Assembly: GCA_014729995.1 (NCBI GenBank)
Contig: WJIZ01000029.1
Span: forward strand, 12,779-76,778
Direction: 5' to 3'
Length of the DNA: 64,000 nucleotides
Origin: Candidatus Woesearchaeota archaeon
Lineage (GTDB): Archaea; Nanobdellota; Nanobdellia; Woesearchaeales; WJIZ01
Below the pieces are notes generated by a model. The model made no database searches. It was not told where the DNA came from and saw only the letters and a list, made by a program, of their open reading frames with translations. Numbering within the stretch: position 1 is the first letter of the stretch; each line of letters begins with the position of its first letter. Position numbers and translations under genes: made by a program. This document shows, in pieces, positions 10,568 through 18,042 of the stretch.

Positions 10568-11050
10568 ATGGATTATAAAAACATCTTCTCTTTTGATATA
10601 AAGTGGAGCTCTAAGACAGTCAGCTTATTCATCTTTCTATTAATCCTACCTAATTTCTTAGGCATGATCAATCTTTCGACAAAAACAGGCTTCAAGATTC
10701 ATTTCTTTCAGTACGCAGTTTTTCTAGCAGCAATCATATATGGACCAAAAGGCGGTCTGTTATCAGGATTCGTCGGCTCAACATACTCCGCTTTTATAAT
10801 GCACAATCCCTACATCGCTGTAGGCAACGCAATATTGGGCTTCTTCACAGGGCTTTTCATAAGATATGGCTCAAAAACAATCTTGGCAGTTCTTTTAGCA
10901 TATATTATACAGCTGCCTTGGCTTATACTAACAGATTATTTTTTAGTGCATCTTCCTATGTCTTTTATAATGCCCTTAATCATGGCATTATTTTTCTCAA
11001 ATATAGTCTGGGCAATCGCAGCTCATTATACAGCCAAGTTAGTAAAATGA
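10568..11050 (+). CDS. Small polytopic membrane protein resembling an ECF-transporter S-component.
   Basis: About 5 TM helices. HFFQYAVFLAAIIYGPKGGLLSG motif typical of ECF substrate-capture subunits. Its stop overlaps the next start as ATGA. Confidence 0.5.
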   Translation: MDYKNIFSFDIKWSSKTVSLFIFLLILPNFLGMINLSTKTGFKIHFFQYAVFLAAIIYGPKGGLLSGFVGSTYSAFIMHNPYIAVGNAILGFFTGLFIRYGSKTILAVLLAYIIQLPWLILTDYFLVHLPMSFIMPLIMALFFSNIVWAIAAHYTAKLVK

Positions 11051-11436
11051 AGCCTGATTTTGAAAAATATTCTTTAGCATTAATCAAAAACAATAAGGTA
11101 GTCTATTCTTCAGACAAACCGGGCTTAAGACCTCTTGTCAACTGTATAGCTAAAAATAAGGAAAAAAAGGATTGCGCTCTTCATGATAAGGTTATAGGAT
11201 TGGCAGCCGCTAAATTAGTCTTTAATTCAGGTATTGCTGAGAAAATTGTAACAAGTATTATTTCAAAGCCTGCTTTTGACTTTCTGAAAGATAAGCTTGT
11301 TGTTGAATATGATGAAATAGTCAAAAACATCCTCAACACAGAAAGAAAAGTTATCTGCCCTATGGAGAAGAAAGCACTGGAACTCGATGAAGCTTCTTTT
11401 TTGAGACATGTGAACAAGATATTTAATCAAGAATAA
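11047..11436 (+). CDS. Conserved hypothetical protein of about 129 aa.
   Basis: ATG at 11047 overlaps the upstream stop. The ORF-track entry 10918.. is a 5' extension inside the previous gene. No family assigned with confidence. Confidence 0.5.
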   Translation: MKPDFEKYSLALIKNNKVVYSSDKPGLRPLVNCIAKNKEKKDCALHDKVIGLAAAKLVFNSGIAEKIVTSIISKPAFDFLKDKLVVEYDEIVKNILNTERKVICPMEKKALELDEASFLRHVNKIFNQE

Positions 11437-11460
11437 ATTATTATTGTTTTATAGAAAAAC

Positions 11461-11556
11461 CAACAACATAGCTGGCTGACGGAGGTTGCCCCCTTCGGGG
11501 TGTCAGCGAGCATTTTTGCTAAGCAAAAATGCGACAGCCCATGTTGTTGTTGTTGG
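11461..11556 (+). ncRNA. Candidate structured RNA element with a three-way junction. An outer stem CAACAACAU/AUGUUGUUG encloses a CUGAC-stem hairpin capped by a cUUCGg tetraloop and a second hairpin GCAUUUUUGC-UAA-GCAAAAAUGC.
   Basis: Perfect and near-perfect complementarity read directly from the sequence. A T-rich tract follows at 11556-11575. Confidence 0.35.
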
Positions 11557-11639
11557 TTTTTCTTTTGAAATTATAATCTTATTATTTCCTCAAATCAAAA
11601 CCTATTTAAACAATCTGCATAATTTAAGCTTAAGCCAAG

Positions 11640-11746
11640 GAAAGTATCGTGAAATTCGGTCGCTGGCCCGCAGCCGTTAAAGCCGGAATACTTGCATATT
11701 ACAAGGGTCGAGGATTGTCCGCAGGATTTCTGCGAACATTTTTAAC
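11640..11746 (+). promoter_or_regulatory. Candidate cobalamin (B12) riboswitch-like leader. It resembles the compact AdoCbl-variant class.
   Basis: AGGAAAGUAUCGUGAAAUUCGGUC resembles the conserved GGGAAAG..CGUGAAAUUCG core of Cbl riboswitches. It is followed by GGCCCGCAGCCG, a degenerate B12 box (consensus CCCGCCACUG). A terminal hairpin CGCAG-GAUUU-CUGCG sits 12 nt before the ATG. The context is an ECF S-component plus DUF4430. Confidence 0.4.
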
Positions 11747-12505
11747 ATGTCTAAAAAGCAAAAGCTTAAGCTAAAAAAGAAGAAGAAAGAACAGAAAGAA
11801 AAGCAGAAGCTCTCAACCGAGCAGAGATTAGCAATAAAAGCTGTGCAAAAGCAGCTTCAATTATTGAAACTAAGGGAGCTTTTATTATTGATAGGCTTCA
11901 CAACAGGCGGAGCATTGTTAAGAATTCCGATGCAAGCTATCCCAAGTGCAGAGCCATTAACATTCTTCGCAATACTATCAGGCTGGCTTTTTGGTAGGAA
12001 AAAGGGAGCAGCTGTAGGAGCTTCTTCATTATATATCTCAAATTTCTTCATGTTCGGCGGACAAGGTCCCTGGAGCATTTTGCAGGCAATAGGCTTTGGC
12101 ATAGCGGGCTGGCTAGGGGGCTTGTTAAGAAAAAAAGCATCATACTTAGAAGTGATGATAATTACAATAATTGCTACATTGGTTTTTGAGGTAATTATGA
12201 ACGCTTTCACCCCACTTATGGTGGGCTCATCTATTTTCATGGCTTTTGCGCTTGCATTGCCTTTCACGCTGATACACCTTGCTTCCAACTTCATTTTCGC
12301 TTTAGTATTACCTTCAACAAAAAAATTTGTCGAAAAGACAGGAGGCTTCAATGAAAAGGATATTTGTGCTAGTATTCTTGATAAGTATAATATTAGCACT
12401 AAGCTTGATTGGATTAAGAAATTTAGAAGAAGACCGAAGCACGGGCAAGGCAACATTGATAATAAGGACGATAGGAAGCACAGCACAGGAACAGGTGGAG
12501 CTTGA
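11747..12505 (+). CDS. Membrane protein resembling an ECF-transporter S-component, with a Lys-rich N-terminal tail. The 3' end overlaps the next gene in another frame.
   Basis: Five to six TM helices (GFTTGGALLRIPMQAIP..., GFGIAGWLGGLL). No ecfA or ecfT in the window. Confidence 0.5.
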   Translation: MSKKQKLKLKKKKKEQKEKQKLSTEQRLAIKAVQKQLQLLKLRELLLLIGFTTGGALLRIPMQAIPSAEPLTFFAILSGWLFGRKKGAAVGASSLYISNFFMFGGQGPWSILQAIGFGIAGWLGGLLRKKASYLEVMIITIIATLVFEVIMNAFTPLMVGSSIFMAFALALPFTLIHLASNFIFALVLPSTKKFVEKTGGFNEKDICASILDKYNISTKLDWIKKFRRRPKHGQGNIDNKDDRKHSTGTGGA

Positions 12506-12710
12506 AGGAAAAAATGTGTTGGAATATCTTCAGGAAAAACACGATGTAAGGATATCCGGAAAGCAGCTTACATGCATAGATGATGTCTGCGCAAAAAAAG
12601 GCTTTTGGTGGAAATTTTTTGTAAACGATAAGCTTATTTTAAGCTCGGCTGATAGGTATTATCCAAAAAATGGGGATATAATCTTATTAGATTATGGTGA
12701 TGAAGAATGA
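12351..12710 (+). CDS. DUF4430 (transcobalamin beta-domain-like) secreted or anchored protein.
   Basis: GGAGG SD 8 nt upstream of ATG 12351. Signal/TM MKRIFVLVFLISIILALSLIG. DUF4430-like C-terminus WWKFFVNDKLILSSADRYYPKNGDIILLDYG. Confidence 0.55.
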   Translation: MKRIFVLVFLISIILALSLIGLRNLEEDRSTGKATLIIRTIGSTAQEQVELEGKNVLEYLQEKHDVRISGKQLTCIDDVCAKKGFWWKFFVNDKLILSSADRYYPKNGDIILLDYGDEE

Positions 12711-14086
12711 AGAAAATCGGACTTTTTTTACTGTTAATATTAATGCCCTTCGCCTACGCACTTAAAACAGGTGTAGTAATCGATGATGGAGCTAAAATCT
12801 ACAAAGGCTGTGTAGATATCAACAGCCAAGACTCTGCTTACGATGTATTGAAAGCTTTCGATAGCCAGAGAGACGAGCTAAAATTGACAATCGATGGCGG
12901 CACCTTAGGCACGCCAGCATTTCTAAGGGCAGTAAATGGTAAAGAAGGCGGCTGTGCAGATAATGATATAAACAACTGTCTAAAATGGAGAGGCTGGAAT
13001 TTTTGGATAGCAGATAATGATAACCACTTCACAGAGCCGCCTGAACTTTCTCCAGGATGGGGGATGGCTATCAGCGATTATAAGGTTGAAGCACAAGATG
13101 TGATAGGCATTAATTTTGCGATTACAGAATATAATGCAGACTTTTCAACAAAATCCAAGCCAGAAAAGCCAGATTACATAAAATATGATGGTCTATGCAA
13201 TAAACTAAAAATTAAGGAAATAGATATTGAAGTAGATGGCGACAATGAACATATAGACGAACAAGGCGGAGAAATAGAAGTAAAATCAGGTTCAGAGATT
13301 GAGATAGAAATTGAGCTTAAAAACTTATATGAAGATATTGAAATAGAAGATGTATATATCAAAGCAGAAATTGAAGATATTGATGCAGGGGAAGACTTAA
13401 CAAAAGATACAGGAGAAGAGTATATCCTTCCTCAAAGAGATGAGACTTTCAGGTTGGGTTTCAACCTGCCCCAGATTCTAGAAGACGATGAGTACGAGCT
13501 TCTTATAAATATATTTGGTGTGGATGAATACAATCTTGAATATTTTGAAGAGCTTAATTATGATATAGAAGTTGATAAAGAATCTCACGAGATAGTATTA
13601 GATGATATAGAATTTAAAAAAGATATCGGCTGCAGGCAAACTGCATTAATTACAATAACTATCGCAAACATTGGAGAGAATGATGAGGAAATCGATATTA
13701 CTGTTTCTGAGTCTGGAAAAATCTATGAAACAGACACTTTTTTTCTGGAAGAAAGCGATAAAACACAGAAATATTACACACTTGATATAAATGAGCCCGG
13801 AAATCATGTCATAAGAATAGAAGCAGAATACAGCGGAAAGGCGATATACGAAAGCATAATAATAGAGAAAGAAAAATGCGATAAAAAAGAACAGAATGCA
13901 GTCAGTTTAGAGCAGACCGATGAAAAGGACCATAAAGAAGAAATCCAATTGGAATTCACAGACACAAGGAACCGGAACACAGCCCAAACAAAAACACGGG
14001 GCAGTATTTTGCCTTATGTTTTATTAGTGCTCTTCTTAATAGGAATAGCCACGGCATTGTTAGTTATAATTACACTATCTCGATAA
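12707..14086 (+). CDS. Surface protein with a signal peptide, a DUF4430-like N-domain, acidic Glu/Ile/Asp repeats and a C-terminal TM anchor.
   Basis: MKKIGLFLLLILMPFAYA. ..WNFWIADNDNHF..GMAISDYKVEAQDVIGINF. EIEIEIELKNLYEDIEIEDVYIKAEIEDIDAGED. C-terminal ILPYVLLVLFLIGIATALLVII. Confidence 0.6.
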   Translation: MKKIGLFLLLILMPFAYALKTGVVIDDGAKIYKGCVDINSQDSAYDVLKAFDSQRDELKLTIDGGTLGTPAFLRAVNGKEGGCADNDINNCLKWRGWNFWIADNDNHFTEPPELSPGWGMAISDYKVEAQDVIGINFAITEYNADFSTKSKPEKPDYIKYDGLCNKLKIKEIDIEVDGDNEHIDEQGGEIEVKSGSEIEIEIELKNLYEDIEIEDVYIKAEIEDIDAGEDLTKDTGEEYILPQRDETFRLGFNLPQILEDDEYELLINIFGVDEYNLEYFEELNYDIEVDKESHEIVLDDIEFKKDIGCRQTALITITIANIGENDEEIDITVSESGKIYETDTFFLEESDKTQKYYTLDINEPGNHVIRIEAEYSGKAIYESIIIEKEKCDKKEQNAVSLEQTDEKDHKEEIQLEFTDTRNRNTAQTKTRGSILPYVLLVLFLIGIATALLVIITLSR

Positions 14087-14135
14087 CCATTCCATAATAA
14101 CAAATTTTATATAATATATCATCTGAAGGCTGGTT

Positions 14136-15122
14136 ATGAGGGTGGTTTTTGCATTAATGTTCTTAGTTCTTTCCAGTTTTTGCTGTGCCCAGAATTTGGA
14201 TATAAGCGTTTATGAGGAGACAGGCCAGGGAAGAAGATTCGGCAATATCAATGCAGAGCCTGGCCAGACAGTGGAATTCTTCATCCATGCGGAGAACCGC
14301 AACCAGGACAGGAGCGACGATTCACAGGACATAGAGGACATCGAGATAAAAGCCACTATAGAAGAAATTGATGAAGGCGAGGATATCGAAGAGGAATATG
14401 ATGATTTTGACCTCAATGCCAAACAGGATGAAAGCCTCTCTTTCAGGCTGAAAATCCCTTTAAGGGTAAGGGATGCCCTTTATGACATTAATATCGAGTA
14501 CGAGTATGAGGAAGATGGCAAAAAATTCTCAGGCAGCACAGATTATTTTCTGGATGTGGACAAGGAAAAGCAAAATCTTTATCTTAAAAAACTCGGATTC
14601 CGGCCGGCAAGCATAAAATGCAATGAAATTTCATACCTTGAGATAGGGCTCATGAACCTTGGCACTTCAGACGCGGGCATTGTAATAACAGCCAGCAATG
14701 ACGAGCTTGATTTCACCCTCAGAAGGGCATCCTTTCTTGAAGCTTACCCTGGGGATGATATATACGAAAACAGGTTCGCCATTAAAGTCCCAAAGCAGGC
14801 CGAAAGCAAGCCCTACAAATTTGAAATCACAGTTAACGACAATAATGGTAATCTTCTGAAAAGGGAAACAGCCGAGCTTGATGTTAGCTGCCTTTCCGAA
14901 AAAACCGAATCTTCAGGGCAGCAGCAACAGCAGCAGAAGCAACAGCAGCCAGAGGAAAAAGAAGAGGATATAATCCCATCAGAACAGCCTAAGCTACAGC
15001 AGCGAGAGGAAATAATAGTGGAAAGCAGCAGCAGCTTTCCGGTTTATTTAATCATCCTGTTTGTCTTAATAGCCATTGCAGCAGTATTGTTGATAATATT
15101 GCTAAATAAAAAGAAACCATAG
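14136..15122 (+). CDS. Paralogous surface protein: signal peptide, acidic repeat module, poly-Gln linker and C-terminal TM anchor.
   Basis: MRVVFALMFLVLSSFCCAQN. IEEIDEGEDIEEEYDDFDLNAKQDESLSFRLKIP parallels a module in the previous gene. QQQQQQKQQQPEEKEE. C-terminal FPVYLIILFVLIAIAAVLLIILL. Confidence 0.6.
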   Translation: MRVVFALMFLVLSSFCCAQNLDISVYEETGQGRRFGNINAEPGQTVEFFIHAENRNQDRSDDSQDIEDIEIKATIEEIDEGEDIEEEYDDFDLNAKQDESLSFRLKIPLRVRDALYDINIEYEYEEDGKKFSGSTDYFLDVDKEKQNLYLKKLGFRPASIKCNEISYLEIGLMNLGTSDAGIVITASNDELDFTLRRASFLEAYPGDDIYENRFAIKVPKQAESKPYKFEITVNDNNGNLLKRETAELDVSCLSEKTESSGQQQQQQKQQQPEEKEEDIIPSEQPKLQQREEIIVESSSSFPVYLIILFVLIAIAAVLLIILLNKKKP

Positions 15123-15149
15123 TAATCATCCGAAACTGCATCACCCAAG

Positions 15150-15270
15150 CTGAAGTATGAAGGTGCAATTTCTTTAACAGCTGATTTCTGGTACAATAAG
15201 AAATGCATAGGCATTTCTTGTGTGCCAGAAAATCTTTGATTTTCTGAGCATGCCAAAAAAGCAGAAGCAT
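15150..15270. repeat. Copy A of a ~120-bp non-coding interspersed repeat. It contains two 9-bp hairpins, AAGAAAUGC-AUAG-GCAUUUCUU and CAGAAAAUC-UUU-GAUUUUCUG.
   Basis: About 94% identical to 55515-55635 in the same orientation. Both copies are intergenic. Confidence 0.7.
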
Positions 15271-15358
15271 CAGGTTATGGATTTTTGTTTCTTGCACTCT
15301 CTTACAGCCTGTTTATGCACAAAGCTCAAAGACCTTTCTGCCTAAGCTAATATAATAT

Positions 15359-15372
15359 CTACTTTAAAGTAG
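15359..15372. promoter_or_regulatory. Perfect 14-bp palindrome CTACTTTAAAGTAG just upstream of the TATA-like box of the TrmB-family gene. Candidate operator.
   Basis: Read directly from the sequence. It has TACT-N4-AGTA geometry, similar to the TACT..AGTA TrmB site. TTTATAAA lies at 15388-15395 and the ATG at 15421. Confidence 0.4.
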
Positions 15373-15420
15373 TTACAAATAGAAAAATTTATAAAGCGCG
15401 ATTTATTTTTCTTTATATAT

Positions 15421-16140
15421 ATGAATATCGATATTATCAGGGAATCTCTGGATTTGAACGCATATGAAGCCAATATTTATGTAGCGCTTTTAGCAAGGTG
15501 TATAGCCTCAGCAGGCCAGCTGTCTGCTATTTCAAATGTCCCCCGGAGCAGGTGCTATGATGTTCTCGAGTCTCTGGAAAAGAAAGGCTTTGTTTTCAAG
15601 AAAATAGGCAGGCCTGTAAAATATATTGCCAGGCACCCCGAGGAAGTTCTTGAGACATTAAAAAAGCACGCAAGGCTTGAGGAAAACAGGCTTTTATCAC
15701 TGTATGATTCTGCCAGGGAAACGGAAATGTTCAGGGAGCTGCGGAATTTATATTCAGAAGGAATAAATTACATAGACAATGAGAAAATTGCACATTCGAT
15801 TTCAGGAAAGCAGAATATCAATCTTTTTTTAAAGGACATGTTTTCCAGGGCGTCAGGCAGGATTACAATACATACAACAAAAAAAGGCCTGAAAAGAAAG
15901 CTCAGGCTGCTTAAAAAATCAGGCCATAAGGCTAAAGCCGTAGTTCACGCGCCCTCCGAAAAGAGAATAGCCCAAAAGAACATAAAATTAAATAAGAAAA
16001 ATACAGGGCTGCGCCTAGTGCATGCAGGTGACGAGCTCATGTTCTTTACATCCCCCGAAGGTATTGCTTCCTCAGAAGAGTCTGCTGTATGGCTGAAAGG
16101 AAGCTTTGCAGCAGATGCGGTCAGGAATTTCATCCGTTAA
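15421..16140 (+). CDS. TrmB-family sugar-responsive transcriptional regulator.
   Basis: N-terminal wHTH LNAYEANIYVALLARCIASAGQLSAISNVPRSRCYDVLESLEKKGFV, typical of TrmB. Confidence 0.7.
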   Translation: MNIDIIRESLDLNAYEANIYVALLARCIASAGQLSAISNVPRSRCYDVLESLEKKGFVFKKIGRPVKYIARHPEEVLETLKKHARLEENRLLSLYDSARETEMFRELRNLYSEGINYIDNEKIAHSISGKQNINLFLKDMFSRASGRITIHTTKKGLKRKLRLLKKSGHKAKAVVHAPSEKRIAQKNIKLNKKNTGLRLVHAGDELMFFTSPEGIASSEESAVWLKGSFAADAVRNFIR

Positions 16141-16177
16141 GAGAAATATTTATATACATCCTTCCTTTAAGTTGCAC

Positions 16178-16421
16178 TATGAAGACGCAAAACATCGAAA
16201 AGACAATCCTTCTTGTTCCTCTCTTTATAGCATTTTTCTGGATGGCTTTTCTTGTCCTTGACACGCAGTCCGCAGATATAGCAATGAAGCTTGCCCCTTC
16301 AAGGCTGGATACCCTGGTAAATGTCCTGTTTTTATTCATTGTTTTATATGCCGTAGTTCTTATATTCCTGTTTATCAGGATGGGCATGCAGCTTAAAAAG
16401 CAGGAAAAGAAGAAAAAATAG
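16178..16421 (+). CDS. Small membrane protein with 2 TM helices and a Lys-rich tail.
   Basis: MKTQNIEKTILLVPLFIAFFWMAFLVL...LFLFIVLYAVVLIFLFI..KKQEKKKK. Confidence 0.4.
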
Positions 16422-16455
16422 GTTGTTTTTTAAATAATCCTTTATTTGTATTTCT

Positions 16456-17310
16456 ATGGTATTTGAAAGCAGGCAGGCATGGGAAGCCTGTATCAACAGC
16501 CTCAGGAATATTAAAAAGCCTGCTGGTAAGGAAGAAATAAGGGAATCTCTGGTAAATTCAATAAAAAGAAACATTCCCAAAGGCAAATTAGGCATCCTTT
16601 TCTCAGGGGGAATAGACTCCACTTTCATCGCATTGGTCTGCAAGCAGCTGGAAAAGGATTTCACATGCTATTGCGTAGGCATAGAGAACAGTGAAGACCT
16701 GGCAGAAGCGCAAAAGGTTGCAGAAAAGCTGAATCTCAAACTAAAAACAAGATTATTCAGCCTGGCAGAAGCAGGGGAAATTATTAAGCAGGCAGCAAAG
16801 ATTATCGGAAAGCCTGATGTTCTGAAAGTCGGAGTTGCATCAGTTGAATACGCAGCAATTGGGCTGGCTAAAAAAGACAATATTAAGTATTTCTTCTCCG
16901 GCCTTGGCTCAGAGGAGATATTTGCGGGCTACCAGCGCCATCTGCAGGCCAGGGATATTAACGAAGAATGCTGGAGAGGGCTCTTAAATATGTATGAGAG
17001 GGATATTGAAAGAGACCTTATGATAGCCGGGCATTTCGGGATAAAGCTTCTGCTGCCTTTCCTTGATAAGGAGGTCATAGCAAATGCTATGAGTCTTCCT
17101 TCAGACCAAAAGATAAGAAATAACCAGAACAAATACATCTTAAGGCACATAGCGCAGGATATGGGCTTAAATGAAGAATTTGCACAAAGAAAGAAAAGGG
17201 CAGCGCAGTACGGCTCTAAGTTTGACAGGGCTATCCTAAGATTAGCAAGAAAACATAAGTTGAAATACAAGAAGGATTATTTGAAGAGTTTGCTAAGGTG
17301 TATGGTGTAG
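16456..17310 (+). CDS. Asparagine-synthetase-type PP-loop ATP pyrophosphatase. It is the synthetase domain only, with no N-terminal glutaminase domain.
   Basis: LGILFSGGIDSTFIA PP-loop. SGLGSEEIFAGYQRH and ..KYILRHIAQDMGL.. resemble the AsnB C-terminal domain. Confidence 0.6.
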   Translation: MVFESRQAWEACINSLRNIKKPAGKEEIRESLVNSIKRNIPKGKLGILFSGGIDSTFIALVCKQLEKDFTCYCVGIENSEDLAEAQKVAEKLNLKLKTRLFSLAEAGEIIKQAAKIIGKPDVLKVGVASVEYAAIGLAKKDNIKYFFSGLGSEEIFAGYQRHLQARDINEECWRGLLNMYERDIERDLMIAGHFGIKLLLPFLDKEVIANAMSLPSDQKIRNNQNKYILRHIAQDMGLNEEFAQRKKRAAQYGSKFDRAILRLARKHKLKYKKDYLKSLLRCMV

Positions 17311-17329
17311 ATACAGCATCATTGATAAG

Positions 17330-18019
17330 ATGAAAATTGCAGCATTAGTCTCAGGAGGCAAAGATTCGCTCTTTGCCGCATACAAAGCAGGAAGAGAGCA
17401 TGAGTTAGTAAGTTTGCTGTCAGTTAAGTCAGAAAACCCCCATTCTTATATGTTCCACACACCCAATATCGATTTGGTCGAATTGCAGGCACATGCCATA
17501 GGAATCCCTTTGGTTGTACGGAAAACAAAGGGAGAAAAAGAAAAAGAGCTCAAAGACCTAAAACAAATAATACAAAAAGCAGGGCAGGAATATAAAATTC
17601 AAGGCATTGTTACAGGCGCATTATTCTCGCAATACCAAAAACAAAGGATAGATAACATCTGCAGGGAATTAAACCTGAAATCACTAGCTCCGCTGTGGCG
17701 CATGGACCCGGAGCAGGAAATGAAGGAACTAATAAAAAATAATTTTAAAATTATATTCTCCAGCATAGCAGCTTACGGATTTGATAGCTCATGGTTGGGA
17801 AGAACAATAACCGGCAAAGACATAGATAGGTTAGTCGAATTAAATAAAAAATACAGGATAAACATTGCCGGCGAAGGCGGAGAGTTTGAATCCCTTGTTC
17901 TTGATTGCCCCCTTTTCACGAAAAAGCTCGTAATAAGAGACTCAAAGATAATTGAAGAAGATAAGCATACTGCCAAAATAAGCATCAGGAAAGCGGAATT
18001 GAAAAAGAAAACCTTTTAA
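17330..18019 (+). CDS. dph6: Diphthine-ammonia ligase (Dph6, DUF71, MJ0570 family).
   Basis: MKIAALVSGGKDS. CRELNLKSLAPLWRMDPEQ. NIAGEGGEFESLVLDCPLFTKK closely parallels eukaryotic and archaeal DPH6. Confidence 0.8.
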   Translation: MKIAALVSGGKDSLFAAYKAGREHELVSLLSVKSENPHSYMFHTPNIDLVELQAHAIGIPLVVRKTKGEKEKELKDLKQIIQKAGQEYKIQGIVTGALFSQYQKQRIDNICRELNLKSLAPLWRMDPEQEMKELIKNNFKIIFSSIAAYGFDSSWLGRTITGKDIDRLVELNKKYRINIAGEGGEFESLVLDCPLFTKKLVIRDSKIIEEDKHTAKISIRKAELKKKTF

Positions 18020-18042
18020 TACTCCATTCTGAATCTTATGCT

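Noticed and set aside
11640-11746. tRNA or SRP-RNA gene in the long intergenic gap.
   Set aside because: No acceptor stem, T-loop (GTTCRANYC) or SRP GGUCAGGUCCGGAAGG-type motif was found on either strand.
15044-15297. Minus-strand ORFs of 70 and 81 aa overlapping repeat copy A.
   Set aside because: Copy B has no equivalent ORF, so the repeat is not protein-coding.
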